From the NCBI GenBank assembly GCA_964016885.1, contig OZ024741.1:144274001-144338000 (forward strand): a DNA stretch of 64,000 nucleotides. Reading direction: 5' to 3'. The stretch comes from Eledone cirrhosa (Eukaryota). Below are positions 1 through 13,469 of this stretch, in pieces (positions within the stretch are counted from its first letter, which is position 1; every line of letters starts with the position of its first letter). The notes under the pieces are model-generated. The model searched no databases, was not told the origin of the DNA, and was given only the letters and a program-made list of their open reading frames with translations. Made by a program: the position numbers and the translations under genes.

Positions 1-129
1 CTGACCATTGGTTTGAACAAGAAATTTCCTGGGCAATATGTTTTGTAAAAGTCAACTATGCATGCCAATACCCACTCCCCACGACACCTCCATTTTCCAA
101 GGAAAAAGTCTATTACAGCTTGTTATCGG

Positions 130-265
130 TGTCGACCCCAGCTAATTGAAATGAGTAGCGTGAAATAAATTATCTTGCTCCAGTACATACGCGTTAACCG
201 GTCTAAGAATTGAACTCACGACCTCACGATCGTAAGCTCATCATTCGAACTACTTATCTACGCGT
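130..265 (-). mobile_element. Degenerate tRNA-derived SINE (CORE-like family) fragment
   Basis: Minus strand has B-box-like GAGTTCAATTC followed by GGAGCAAGATAATTTATTTCACG, related to the copy at 840-953. Confidence 0.5.
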
Positions 266-353
266 ATTAACCTGTAGCTGATACTGATGACATTCAAACA
301 ACCGGTACATGAATGACCCCATACTGTATGTCGTAGATAACAAACAACTAGAT

Positions 354-629
354 CAGTCATGGGCAACCTGCGGCCCGCGAAGCTTTCCGAATGGCTCGCC
401 TAAGTCATCTAAGTGAAATCTTTCTGATTTTTTTTATCCCAACTTTTCAGTCGTAATTTATCTTGCTATCATTTTTACGTGTACGAATTCTGAAGAAACA
501 AATCAAAACAACCTGAGTTACCGCTCTTATTTTTAATGTGGGCACGCATGTAAATAGGCGCTTGCGGTCCGCCTGACGATGAGCTATATCTCAGGCGGCC
601 CACTTATCGAAAAACGTTGCCCATGCCGG
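354..629. mobile_element. hAT (Charlie-like) MITE
   Basis: 14-bp imperfect TIRs CAGTCATGGGCAAC / GTTGCCCATGCCGG, subterminal GCGGCCCGC motifs, exact 8-bp TSD AACTAGAT at 346-353 and 630-637. Confidence 0.85.
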
Positions 630-839
630 AACTAGATACACCAAAGGTGCTGGTTCAGTGTAGGTTTGGGACCGAGCTGCGTAGTAGAGCGATTTTAGCA
701 TACAGTAGATTCTGGTTTCTTTTTTTATCAAGCAAAATAGCACTCACTTGAATGAAATTCACAATTGTAAAAAGAGCCGACTGTCAGATCGGACCAAAGA
801 AACAACGTTACGATTCCTCTTGACATTACTGGTACTATC

Positions 840-953
840 GGCAGAAGAGGCAACGTGAAATAAAACATTTTACTCTAGAACACAGTCCAGAAATCGAATC
901 CCCGATGTTATGATCCTGGCTCTAACACCTTAACCACTAGGCCATGCGCCTTC
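840..953 (-). mobile_element. tRNA-derived SINE 5' part (CORE-like family)
   Basis: Minus strand GAAGGCGCATGGCCTAGTGGTTAAGG (A box) ... GATTCGATTTC (B-box-like), then TGTGTTCTAGAGTAAAATGTTTTATTTCACG. Confidence 0.65.
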
Positions 954-1339
954 AAATGTTTAAATTGGGATTAAAATAGTTAAATCGGAGTGTAGTTTTG
1001 AGAGCAGAGATTTTATGAAGATGAAAGTGAAGTGATTTTACCTGAATATTGAAAGCTTAATGTCAAATGTTAAAACAACGACGCGAAATCATTGTAAAGT
1101 AATACAAGAGTTTTGTGAATTGTCACACAATGTTAGAAAATAGTAAAATAGTAATAGAATGCAACATAAATAGACGTACGTATACATATGGAGCAGTATG
1201 TCTTGGAATCATAGTGAAATACAACGTTTCTTAGGCATTTAAAATCTTGCGGTGCCCATCTCATTGACCGATTTCTTCCGGGAAAAGGAAACTTGAAGAG
1301 AATAATAAAGGGGAAGTATTAAAGAGATATAGCGAAAAG

Positions 1340-1645
1340 AATTGATCTCAGAACTAGATTGATAGTGTTTTATTATCGACCTAGAAATGATAAAAGGCTA
1401 AATTGATCGCGGAGGGATGTGAACTCAGAAGGAGGAGAGTCAGAAGGAATAACTCAAAACAGTCTATCCGACCTTCTGCCAATTCACTACCCACAGAAAG
1501 CAAATAAATTTAAGTAAATATTAATTGTTTCTACTTTTGGCACAAGGCCAGCAATTACCCAGTGAATTACTGGTACTTTATTTTATCGACCCCGTAAGGA
1601 TGAAAGGCAAAGTTAACCTCGGCGGGATTTGAACTCAGAATGGCA
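1340..1645 (-). mobile_element. Two copies of the dominant tRNA-derived SINE (degenerate 1340-1492; 5'-truncated 1523-1645)
   Basis: Diagnostic block GGTACTTTATTTTATCGACCCCGTAAGGATGAAAGGCAAAGTTAACCTCGGCGGGATTTGAACTCAG (reverse complement of B box plus central domain). Confidence 0.85.
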
Positions 1646-2419
1646 ATCATGTAAATAGCACGTTGTTATTACTGTGGTGTATTATTATGGAATTGAATAA
1701 AAGAAGCCAAAATGAAGTGGAAATGGGAAGAGTGAAAGAAATAGAGGCGAAGGGGGAAGAGGAAGAGGAAAGTAGATAAAACATTTAGTATTTTATAACT
1801 GGTCGCCTGCAGATCTTTAATTAGACATTTTTCGACTATTTTAGGCCACTTTTCCCATGGCGTCTCGTGTTCCCGACACGTGGTAGTTGAATGGCGTCTT
1901 TTGAAAGATTGTTTATTTCTGCATTTGTTTGTGTGTGTGAAAATGTGTAAGCATGTGTGTGTATGCGTTTGTGCGTGTTTCACAGTATATACACGTGTGC
2001 GTATGATATGGTATCAATATGTGAAAGTATGCAAGTGTGTGAGGGCATGTCGATGTGTCAGTGTATGTGAGTGTGAGAGTGTATATGGGCACGTGCAAAT
2101 ACTTTTTGTTCGTTTGTTTTTTTTTTCGTTTTGGTTTTTATTTTTATTTTGATATTTTTTGAGAAGAAACTTCAAACACACATATTTACTAATAATTATG
2201 GCTTGTGGAAAATACCCCAAAGGGGTATTCTGTAAACTAAATAAAGAATATAGTTTACATAGAGCCAACAGCATGCATATTACAAACAAATATATTCTGC
2301 ATGCAATATCCAGTGATAAATAACCCCAGTTGATATACCATCAATTTTTAGGGTCTTTCCGGAATTGTTTTGTTTAGTAACAGTTTTAACTTGAAAATTC
2401 TAGGATTATTATCTATTTC

Positions 2420-2510
2420 ATCGGCGAATTGGCAGTCAGAATGTCGGATAGAATGTTTAACGGTATTTATTCCGGCTCTCTGCGTTCTGCGTTCAAATCC
2501 GATCAAGGCC
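2420..2510 (+). mobile_element. SINE tRNA-like head fragment
   Basis: GGCGAATTGGCAG...GTCGGATAGAATG...CGTTCTGCGTTCAAATCCG matches the head of the dominant SINE. Confidence 0.6.
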
Positions 2511-3454
2511 AGGGCCAACATACGCATTGAAATCTCGAAGAAGGATACTTAACTACAGTGCAGTGGTTTCATCAAGGAATGATCTGTATTTGGATACTTT
2601 GTTTAACGCATGAATGTGCACCACCCAAAGAGACTTTTCTTTCAGTTTAAGCTTCAAAAAGCAATCCCTCCTTCCCAATATGATCCATTACATAACATAT
2701 TCTGACAGCCTGGGACTCGTGGGGTATCCCTACTCTCACCTGTGCACTTCTTTCTGGTACCAGTTCTAAGCTGTTCTGTTAGAAAATGGATCTCAGGCGT
2801 TACGGCCACAAGATATGATGGTTAGTTGCGATATAAGTGGACTCCTGATGGACGAATAAACAGTCCCGGATCAAACAGCTGTAAGCTAAAAAGGAAGATG
2901 GAACAAACTTTCACAATTCACCAATGTAATTACAACGAGTAAAGGTTGCATCTAAAATGCTTACTCTTCGTGGGTCTGAAAAAAAGTACCACGAAATAAG
3001 ATAAAAAACCCTATTATTGTCAGATTGAATAAAAGCATCATACCGCATCGTCATCTGCGCGTGGTAGCAAGTGTTATTAGTGGTCAACGTACAAACAAAC
3101 AAACCTTATTTTATACAACAAACAAACCTTATTTTAAGTATACTAGCGGCCTCCCAGCTTTCACCACGATCTGTTCTGTGTTGAAATTTATTCATAAGTC
3201 ACCTATTGTCATCTGTCGTAATGTCCATTTTCCTTAGAATAAAAAATGTTAAAAGGTATTTGAATATTATTTAACATAATTATGAAAATATATTTACAAT
3301 ATCTAAATATACATACTAATAAAGAAAATAATAGAAAAATGTATTCTACCCAAATTATAAAACTTTTTTCTTTGCAACAAATATGACGAGTTTGTAGGGG
3401 TTTCCGAGTCTGGAATAACCTATACAATTGACTATATGAGAATTAGCCCTCTTC

Positions 3455-3552
3455 TTGATGGAAGGAGTGTTTGAGGACTCTGATCCCACGACCCTCTCCG
3501 AAATAAGTGGGCGAAGAAGAAGAAGAAGAAGACTCAACAACAACAACAACAA
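3455..3552 (+). mobile_element. RTE-clade LINE extreme 3' end with (GAA)n tail
   Basis: GGAAGGAGTGTTTGAGGACTCTG...GGGCG matches 7068-7122 and is followed by (GAA)n/(CAA)n. Confidence 0.7.
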
Positions 3553-3717
3553 CCGCAAAATGAAATAAACAATTAAATCAAAAATAAGATTCACATAACG
3601 AAGAGAACAGTTTTCGGTATGATAATCATGAGAAGCATCGGGAATAATTTGCATATTTTTCGTTTAATTCCCGATTACATGTGAACATAAACCTGTAAGA
3701 GATCATTCTAGAGTAAA

Positions 3718-3966
3718 GATTTTTTTATTACTTCCACAGGGCTCACTTCAAGAAAACATTAAGGACGGTACAGGATGGCACAGGGCGATACAGTGTGGGG
3801 TTTTGCGTGTAAAAAATTATAACGAAAACAATGAAACGTAAAATTTCAAACAAAAACAAATTCCTCAACAGTGGGGAAACTTCCGAGGATCACTCGTGGA
3901 GAAAGCTTACAAAACGCCACTGTTACCCTGACCACTACTGCAAGTGTCCCTTCCCAGTTCTCTTCC
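3718..3966 (-). mobile_element. Tx1-like LINE 3'UTR fragment (diverged)
   Basis: Colinear similarity to 7171-7425 (CATTAAGGAC, GCGTGTAAAAAA, GTGGAGAAAGC, ACCCTGACCAC, CCCAGTT). Confidence 0.75.
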
Positions 3967-3994
3967 GATCTACAAGTGGAATCATTTTATAATA

Positions 3995-4521
3995 ATAATT
4001 GTTTCTACTTTAGGCACAAGGCCAGCAATTATTTCAGTGCATTACTGGTACTTTATTTTATCGACCCCGTATGGATGAAAGGGAAAGTTAACCTCGACGG
4101 GATTTGAACTCAGTCCGTAAAGAGACGTAACTCTATGCTAGAGAGCATGGCGTCCGACCCTCTACTGATACTGTAATGGTTTCTGATTTAGGCGCAAGGC
4201 CAACAGTTTTGTGAAGAAAAGAAAGCGATTAAATCGACCCCAGTGCATTACTGGTGCTTTATTGTTGGGTATGTGCTTAAATCAGAAACCAATAATAATA
4301 ATAATTGTTTCTACTTTAAGCACAAGACCAGCAATTTGAAGGGGAGGGGAAAGTCATTTAAATCGACTTCAGTTCATGGCTGGTACTTTATTTTATCGAC
4401 TCCGTAAGGATGAAAGGCAAACCTAACGTCGGCGGGATTTAAAATCAGACGTAAAGAGCAGTAATTCTATGCCGCGAAGCATTTGGTCCGACGCTCTACC
4501 GATTCTACCAATCCACCGCTC

Positions 4522-4567
<46 letters not shown>

Positions 4568-5040
4568 TATTATTATTATCTCTACTATGGGCACAAGGCC
4601 TGAACTTTGAAGGGGAGGGGAAATTGATTAAATCGACGCTAGTGTATTACTGGTGCATTATTTTATTGACTCCTTAAGGATGAAAGGCAAAGCTAACCTC
4701 GGTGTGATTTGAACTCAGAACGTAAAGGGCCGTAACTCTATACCACAAAGCATGGTGTCCGAAGCTCTACCGATACTGCCAAATAATAATAATAATAGCA
4801 ACAATAACAATAACGAGGAGGGGAAGGAGGATGAGGAGGAGAACGGCGGTGATGTTGTTGGTGGTGATGTTTTCGGATTTAAGCACAAAAGCGGCAATTT
4901 GAGGCTAAGGAAAAGTCGATTATATTAACCGCTATACTTGACAGGAATTTTATTCATTGACCCCGGAAGGATAAAAAGCAAAGTTGGCCTCAACGAGATT
5001 TGGAACAAATACCTCAATACATTTTGTTCGAGGCTCTAAC
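3995..5040 (-). mobile_element. Cluster of about five dominant-SINE copies separated by (AAT)n
   Basis: Repeated SINE blocks at ~3995-4175, 4178-4260, 4303-4522, 4575-4782 and 4870-5040. Confidence 0.85.
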
Positions 5041-5724
5041 AATTAATAGTAAGAAAAACATTTCGACGTCTTTGAAAATTGATTAAAAACATTAAATCAC
5101 GTGATATCTGATATGACACTGCAATTAGATTGTTTGGTTTAAGACTGGAAGATCATAACTTTAGAACGAAAACAATTTCTGATGAACAATAAGAGAAAAC
5201 AGAAGTAAAAGCAAATATAAAACGAATTCATAAAACAACAGAAACTACAGTAACAACGACAGCAACGATATTAACAACAACAATAGTAAAAGCAACACCA
5301 ATAAGAAAATAATAATGACAAGAACAACAAAAACAATAGTAATGATAACAACAACAATAACGACAGTAGTAGCAGGGAATAAGAGTGGAGGTGAGAAGAA
5401 TAACAAGATAAAATACGTGGGAAATTAGAAAGTCCTCCAAACTCAAATAAAATTATTCTTTTAAACACGATAATGTTGACTTTATTTAGATTTTTCTGAC
5501 ATGATCGCTGTCTCGTGTATATAACACGTGTATATAACTATACATTGACACACAAACGCGCACACATATAGAAAATTATTGGTTTCGTCACGTGAATCTT
5601 ATTCGTTTTTTTGTTTGTCTTTTGATTTTTGCTTTTTGTTTTTTGCTTTGTTGGTTTGACTTTGGCGGTAAGGGTTCTTTTCGTTTTCTTTAATGTCTTC
5701 TGTTTATTATTTTCCCTTTTCTTG

Positions 5725-5935
5725 GATTAGCAGTATCGGGAGAGAGTTGGACACCATACTTTGCAGCATAGAGTTTTGGCCCTTTATGATCTGAGTTAAA
5801 AAACCCGCTGAGGTTAACTTTGCCTTTCATCCTTACGGGGTCGATAAAATAAAGTACCAGTCACGCACTGGGGTCGATTTAATCTACCCCCCCCCCACCA
5901 AATTGCTGGCCTTGTGCCTATATAAGAAACCATTA
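5725..5935 (+). mobile_element. Dominant tRNA-derived SINE
   Basis: GGATTAGCAGTATCGG...GCCTTTCATCCTTACGGGGTCGATAAAATAAAGTACCAG...GGCCTTGTGCC. Confidence 0.85.
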
Positions 5936-6054
5936 TTTTCCCTTTTCTTTCTTTTATTTCAGTTCAAAAGTCTTAACTCTTTTGATACCAAGCCACCTGG
6001 AACTGCCTCTGTTTTACAGGCCTGCCAACCTCTAAACACATTTCTCACCTCAAT

Positions 6055-6245
6055 AGTTGTTTCTACGTTTGGCACAAGGCCAGCAAATACCCAGTGCATT
6101 ACTGGTACTTTATTTTATCGACCCCGTAAGGATGAAAGGCAAAGTTAACCTCGGCGGGATTTGAACTCAGAATGGCAAGGGCCGTAACTCTATGCGTCAC
6201 AGCATGGCATCCGACCCTCTACCGATACTGCCAATCCACCGCCCT
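6055..6245 (-). mobile_element. Dominant tRNA-derived SINE, near full length
   Basis: Minus strand GGGCGGTGGATTGGCAGTATCGG (A box) ... GAGTTCAAATCC (B box) ... central domain ... GTAGAAAC. Confidence 0.9.
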
Positions 6246-6744
6246 AATGGTGAGAAATGAAGTAAAATGGGGAGATTTTACATAATGAAAGATATGCCCA
6301 TTTTCACAAAAACGGGGAGACGGGGAGAAATAAGCTAAATCGGGTAGATCTCCCTGCCCGACGGGGAGAGTTGACACGTCTGGTTTTATAATTCAAAACT
6401 GTTTTTAAATGTTTATAATTATCTAAAACCTTCCATTATAATTTCATATAAGAAACTTAGTTAAATTATATTATAAACAGCAATTATTTTCAAGATATAT
6501 TGCAAATCATGGGTTGTGTCTTTCATTAGAAATGCATTAATAAAAGGGTTAGAGTATTTATATTTATCTAAAAATCTTCCATCGAACTTAATAACGAGAA
6601 CATTGCTTGTATTGCTAAATTCTTCCAAATTCTTGATTATTTTCGAAGTAAATTGAAAACCATGTGCAGCGTCCTTCATTAAACATATATTAATGAAAGT
6701 ATTAAAATTGTTCTATTTATCTGAAAACATTGGAAATAATACAA

Positions 6745-7121
6745 GCGGCCTAAATGGGATTCCCCTGAAGGGTCTTTGGAGTAACGTTACTCGATAATGT
6801 GCGTAGCTTGGAGATTAGAGAATCACTCCAGGTAGAGTCACCACTTCCCCGAATTGAGAGATCACAGCTCCGATACTATGGGCATGTGGTTAGAATATTT
6901 CAGGAAAGAATCACTGGGCAGATTTTACGGGCAAAACCATCCGGCAGGAGACCCAAGGGTAGACCCCGTCCGAGGAAGATGGTTGGATAAAATCCATGAG
7001 CTTGGCTGGTCACGCTAGGGGATCCAGCCGGATCAATTGAAGACGGTTGCGTCTGACAGGATCAGCTGGAAGGAGTGTTTGAGGACTCTGGCTCCCATGA
7101 CCCCCTTAAGAATAATTGGGC

Positions 7122-7170
<49 letters not shown>
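6745..7170 (+). mobile_element. 5'-truncated RTE-clade LINE with (AAT)n tail
   Basis: ORF 6799-6990 IERSQLRYYGHVVR...GRRPKGRPR is a typical RTE C-terminus; (AAT)n at 7123-7170. Confidence 0.8.
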
Positions 7171-7172
<2 letters not shown>

Positions 7173-7432
7173 TTTCTTTATTAACCACAAGGGTTTACAT
7201 AAAGTAGACATTAAGGACAGTGCAGGACAATGCAGGACGGTACAAATGGGCATTTCTGCGTGTAAAAAAACAAAAACAGAGGATGTAACAAAAATAACAA
7301 TGAAAATAACAATGAAAAATTCCCCAATAGGGGGGAGACTTCGGAGGGACATTTGTGGAGAAAGCCCAGTAAAAAGCCACAATGACCCTGACCACCAAGG
7401 CAAGTGCCCTCTCCCAGTTTTCCACCTTTAAT

Positions 7433-10400
7433 TTACAGATATATGCTCAGAGTAGGCCCATTTACTCGGGCCAGTCTTGCTTCTCTCACCCATCTTTCAA
7501 CAAAATGCTGGGAAGAGAGCACTTCCCTCTCTACTCTGATTTTCCTTTTCAAATGAAATTTGAAAAAGTCAATCAGAGCATCACCGAAGAGGTAAGTGCT
7601 CGTCTTCAGCCCTTTCAAACGTGTCCACCATACTATCTCTTTCGCCATGGCCACCAGACAGATAAAAACGGCCTGCCCTTCCCGGCTAAAGGAGGAGGGC
7701 GGGGCAATCCTCACGATAGACTCAGATGATAGCTGGATCCGTCCTAAACGCGACAGCAGGTGTTCGACATAAACCCACAAGTCAGCAATTTTCGGACACT
7801 GGACGAGTGCGTGCAGGACGGTTTCGTCGCCCTGCGCGCATCTCGGACATGCCCGGCTGACGGCACCTCCATGCCTGTGGAGTTTATCCCGAACTGGCAA
7901 GGCTCCTCGGTAGCACTGCCAGGCCAGAGATTTCTGGAAGTTGTCCATAGGCCCTGGCCCGAAAGTTCTTCCAAAAGAGATTGGCTAGTTGATTTTCGTC
8001 GACGCCTAGAGTTTCCCCAAGTACGTCGTCGCTCTTCCCCTCCACTAATCCTCTATAGAACGCCGAGGTGGAGTTTCCACCGATCACATTGCCCGATTGG
8101 TCGAGGGCTGTGAGCGCCTGAAGACATTCCAGTCTCCAGGCGCTCCCTCTCGGTCTTCGCTTGACCCAGGACTGCAGCTCCGTCAAGGAAACGAGCTGGG
8201 GAAAAACGCGTCTAGCAAACGGCGACCACACCTGATCACCGTCGAGGAAGAGGTGGAGATGTCGTAGCCTGAGCGCGTGCCTGCGCATCATCAGCCACGG
8301 CATGCCCAGCCCTCCACGTAGCGGGTGTTGACAACAGATGGACCGCCTGACCATCGGAGCACGTCCCTTCCACAAAAAGCGAAAGAGCAAACGCTCCAGC
8401 GCAGTCAGGCGAGGCTTAGGACAAGGTACGACGGTTAGGCGGTAGCAGATGACAGACGCGATGTACGCGTTAGCCACCTCCGCTCGACCTTTCAGGGATA
8501 GCTTCCTCTCCGCCCATTTCTGGGTGAGAGAAGCCACCCTGCTCGTCACCTCGTCCCAGTTTTTGTCCGTCTGGAGGTCCGGACCGAACCAGACCCCTAG
8601 CAATTTAACCGGTCCGTCCGTCCAGCGCCCGACGACGCTGTTGGACGGCATGGACCTGCCTCTCCAGGTGCCGAGCTGCAGGCCCACTGACTTTTCCTGG
8701 TTGATCATTGCTCCTGTCACCGCTTCGTATTCTCTTAGTGTAGTGCCGATCGCCTCGATGTGTTTGGCGTTCGACACCACTACGGTGACATCGTCCGCAT
8801 ATGCTGACACGGATCTTCCGCATCCTAGTTCGCGCGGGACTCCCCTCAACGTCTCCAGTTTGTGCAGTAATGGCACGAGAGTCAATACGTACAAGAGGGA
8901 CGAGAGGGGACATCCTTGGCGGACCGAGCGCATGATGTTGAACGGTTCCGACAGGTGACCGTTCACTCTCACTACAGAGCAGATGTCGCTGTGCATGGCA
9001 GCGATCCAGCCTCTGAAGACGGGCCCAAAGCCAGCCGCCCTCAGGACTGCCGCTAGGTAACGATGGTCGACCCTATCGAAAGCTTTCGACTGATCTAAAT
9101 TGATCAAGGACCCACCCGTGCCAGGTTCCCTAGCTACCCTCTCTACGATGTATCGCATGAGGTGGAGGTTGTCGTGGATGGATCTGTCGGGAATGGCGCA
9201 TGTCTGCGCCTCTCCCACCAGACCACCAACGACAAGCGCCAACCTCTTTGCTAGCACCTTGGCCAAAATCTTAAACTCTGTGTTTAGCAGAGTTATGGGC
9301 CGGAAATTGTCTATGTTATCCCCCTTGTTCGGATCCTTTCTCAGCAGTGCCACCGCTCCTCGGCTCACAGAACTGGGAATTCTCCCGTTCTGTTGCCAGT
9401 TGCAGTAGACGTCCGCCAAGAGGCCTCCGAACAAGTCTGGCATCTGTACGTAAAGTTCATAGGGCAGACCATCCAAACCAGGCGATTTACCCCTTGTGCA
9501 GCCAGTCATTGCCTCCCGTACTTCAGCGGCTGTTATCGGCTTTTCGCAACACTTCGCCTCAGTGGCCGAGAGCCGCGGCAGTCCGTCGAGGTAGACACTA
9601 AAGTCCATCCCTCTACCCGGCCCCCCGCTGCCCCCGAACAGTTGAGCGAAGTGTCGCTGAAAAGCTTCACACATTTGCCCGGGATCGAGTAGCATGCGCC
9701 CGTCGTGGTCCACCAAAGACCGGATCGTGGCTTTGTTGCCACGACGCGCCTCCGCCACTCGGGCCCATTGAACGGCTTTCGTCCCCTCGTGTCTGAGAGC
9801 ACGCACCCTAGCTCTGACAACGCAGCCTTCGTGCTTTGCATTGAAGAATTGGTCAAGGGCCAATTTCGCCGCAAGCACGTCGGTCGCAATGCCTTTGCTA
9901 AGCGCCTCGTCTAATTTTCTAACTAGTTCTCCCTCTGCTCTATTTTTCTCTATTGCTAAAGCCTTACTAAACCTAATCGATTCTATTCTAATCGCTCTTT
10001 TCAGAGCAAACCACCACTTGTTGTTGACGATGGCCCCCGTCAACGCCCGCTTAACTAGTTCGCTAATCCGGTCTCTGTAGGCCTTGCGCGCTGGTAAGGA
10101 CGCGTTTAGCTTCCAGTAGCCGGGTCCTCGTCTATGAAGCCTATCTAAGTCAAGCACACAGGTCACGAATTTGTGGTCCGTGTAGCTGACTATCTTGAAT
10201 TGTGGACAGCCTATGCTAGACCTATCTATTTCCCTACAAAATACTCTATTTAGATATGATCTGGATGACCCTATGCGGTTTGTCCAAGTCCACATTGGCA
10301 CATTCGGGAAATCCAATCGGTACCTGTCAGACAGTTCAAAACGCCTGAGCAGGTTGGTGAGGCTCTTGCGCCCTCCACCCCTATCCGCTAATCCCACACA

Positions 10401-10853
10401 GTCCCAGCGTGCATCTAAGATCCCGTTCTAGTCGCCCACTAACACTAAAGAGCGGGACGTTCCAAGAAAGGTCTCCAGACGCCGGAAGAAATCAGGCCGC
10501 CCTGCTCCTGTCGGGGCATAGACGGCCACTAGCCTGAAAGCTTGCCCGTCTCCGCTGGTCACGTCCAGCACCACCAGCTTACCCTCTGGGTCCAGGAAGA
10601 TGGCCCGTATGGCGAGATCCAAACCTCTCCGAAAAAGCACAGCAACTCCTCCACCCGATCCAGGACGGCTGGGAGATGCGTACACATCGTAGCCGCCGAA
10701 GATCGGTGCGAAGGCCCGTGCTTCGGAGATTCTGGTCTCGCTGATGGCCACTACATCTATGTTTAGTGACCTGAGGTCGTTGAGCAGGTGACCCTCCTTC
10801 CATGACGACCCCAAGCCACGCGCATTTATGCTGCCTATTCTGAGTGAGGTCAT
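7433..10853 (-). pseudogene. Tx1-like ORF2 (APE endonuclease + reverse transcriptase + zf-RVT), copy A, disrupted
   Basis: SINARG, ISET, GDxN, SYTDH, FRPITLLN, DQSKAFD, VRQGCPLS, YADD, CPRC..H..C. TGG>TAG stop at 10428-10430 and a 1-nt insertion near 7973 relative to copy B. Confidence 0.92.
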
Positions 10854-10887
10854 GTTTAAATAGAGTGGAAAAGATGGGAAAGACCAC

Positions 10888-12983
10888 TTACCGTACTTTT
10901 GGTAGAGGAGGGATGGTTTTTACATCCCTTTTCACTTGATCGTCTGGTGAAGGGACCGTTGAATCGTCCCTTCGGCTGGTCGTCGGCTCTTCTAAGAGAA
11001 TGTCTGAATATACTCTTCGATTGATGGTTCCTCCTAGGTCCCTGAAATCACCAACTGCGTTGGGGAATTTCGTTTTAATGTTTGTGTATTGTTTCTGTGC
11101 TATTTTTAGCAGTCTTATGTTAGTTGGCGTTTTGATTGGTGCTGGTATTATGTAGTCCTGTTGTGAAATGTCTGTGTGTTCAATTATGTAAGTCATTAGT
11201 TTCTTGTTGTGTGTGTTTATTGCCGTGCATTTGTTTTTCTGGGGGTGGGGTGTGGTTCTGCTATTTTCTTGTCGTTGTTGCTGGGTGTGTGTGTTTTGTT
11301 GTTGTGTTTGCGATGTTGGTGCTTGTGGTGGTGGTGTTGAAGGTGTTGTTGGCGGTGGGGTTGTCGCCGGTGGTGATGGTGGTGCTGGTGTGGGTGGTGA
11401 TGGTGTTGGTGGTGTTGCTGCTGTGGGTCTCTTTGCAGTAGACTTTACCCTTTTCTCATTTCTTTCCTCCCTTTTCAAAGGCGACGATGCGCTGCTTCTG
11501 CGTTTGTGCCTTCTTGCGACCTTTTGCCATCCCTCTCCCACCTCACACTCCATGTCTGATTCTGTAAGGTCGGGGAGGGGTACCAGCTCCACTCTTTCAC
11601 TTGTTGTTGTTGGTGATGTTTGCACTGGAGTCTCTGTTGCAGCTGCATTTGGTATTGCTGTTGTTGTTGTTAATATTTCCACTGCTGCTGCTGTCTTTGA
11701 TTTCCGTGGAGTGGGTATGGGTGCCACGGACCTATCGTTCCTGGTTGCCGCTTGTCCTGTTGCTGGTAGCCGTGGAGCCGGATTCGGAAGGAGGGGGGTT
11801 TTCTCCTTTCTCAGGGTCTTCTCGTTGCAGAAGGCCCTGAGGTGAGTCTTCGATCCACAGCGAAAGCATTTAAGCGTTTGCCCTCAACACTTATGGGCAG
11901 TTGAGTGCCGTTATCGAAGTCTATCACATCCGGGATAGCTTCGATGCACTCCTGGTTGGTTTGGATTAGCATCTCAATGGAGGAGCCGACCCAATCTTCT
12001 CTTACTTTTTTCTGTACTTGCAGTACAGTTGTTTTGTCCTCGATTCCGACGAGGACAGACGCGGCCAGCCAAGAAGGGGTCATTCCGGGGGGGACGTGGG
12101 TCAGTTTGACCCTCACAATTTTTTGCCCGCAGTAGGAGGGCACCAACACCATTTCCTCGCTCCTTAGGGTCACTACTGATTGGGCCTTTGCCTCCTGGGG
12201 TGTGGCAAAAAGTACGTCTACGGTGGCGTATTTTTTGCCTCGGGTGATGTGCGTTTTCCTCTGCCACACAGACCCCAAGGCTTTTTGTATTTGGGCCTCT
12301 GTGGCTCTTTCCACCCTACGGGATTTTGTACTTACTGTACGGTACGTGACCGTACAGTGCTCTTGGGTTTCGAAAAAATTTTTCGCTGCCTTGCAGATTG
12401 CTCGGTGTACGTTCTTTGTCACCATCTTCTTCGCTTCCTCTAATTCCTCATTTGTTATGAGGATTGTTTCCAAGTTTTTCGCAATACCTGCAAATGAGAT
12501 TGGTTTTTCTCTGCTGTTGTTGTTGTCGTCAGAGCTGCTGGTACTTTTGTTGTTGCTGCAGGTACTACGACTACTGCCTCCGCCGCTGTTGCTGTGGTTG
12601 TTGTTGGTGTTGCTGCTGCTAATGCTGTTGTTGTTTATGCTGCTGGTGATGCTGTTGCGGCTGCTACTGTTGTTTTCATTGTCACTGTTGCTGTTGTTAT
12701 TACGGCTGCTACTGCTATTATTCCTGACGTCAGACGAATGAACTGGGTTTTCGTATTTCCCGCACACCTGTTTCGTCGCTGTCGTCGTCGTCGTGGAGAA
12801 ACCTTGCACGCTTTGCACGAGACTTTTCTTTTCTTTCGTCGCTTGCGAAAGAGAAGGGAGGGAGAGAGACACATTTAAAGAAGGGAGGGAGAGAGACAAT
12901 CTTCTCTCTGCTGTAGTGATGATTGAGGAAGAAGAAGACGGAATGAGTGGGAGTGACGTATGAAATTTCTTTTTGGTAGCCAT
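10888..12983 (-). pseudogene. Tx1-like ORF1 (gag-like, CX2CX4HX4C knuckle), copy A, one frameshift
   Basis: ATG at 12983; frameshift near 11873; the shifted frame reads CFRCGSKTHLRAFC and continues into ORF 10888-11727. Confidence 0.85.
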
Positions 12984-13469
12984 GTTTTTTTGTTTAAAAT
13001 GAAATTTTGGGTACAAAACCCCAATAACTGGTTATTTAACCCCGAAGGGCCAAATAACGGACAGAAAGACCCCTCTCACGAGGAGGAGGGTGTCTTTATC
13101 AACAATTTGGTTCAAGTTTTAAACAATTTACAATTGTTTTAACGGTTAAAAATTACTATACCTTACAGAGCCGAGCCTCCGTCAACCATGGCATTCAATA
13201 ATAATAATAATAATAATAATAATGTTTTCTTTATTAACCACAAGGGTTTACATAAAGTAGATATTAAGGACAGTACAGGACAATACAGGACGGTACAAAT
13301 GGGCATTTCTGCGTGTAAAAAAAAACAGAGGATAAAATAAAATAACAAAGAAAAATTCCCCAACAGGGGGGAGACTTCCGAGGGACATTTGTGGAGAAAG
13401 CCCATTAAAAGACCACAGTGGCCTTGACCACCAGGGCAAAGTGCCCTCTCCCAGTTTTCCACCTTTAAT

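Larger units (their letters stand above)
7171..13196 (-). mobile_element. Full-length Tx1/L1-clade LINE, copy A
   Basis: 5'UTR, ORF1 (CCHC knuckle), ORF2 (APE endonuclease, RT, C-terminal zinc finger) and 3'UTR with AATAAA; (AAT)n on both sides. Confidence 0.93.

Noticed and set aside
3143-3360. Helitron-like terminus (ACTAGCGGCC...) with AT-rich body, loosely similar to 6390-6750
   Set aside because: No clear terminal hairpin or second end identified.
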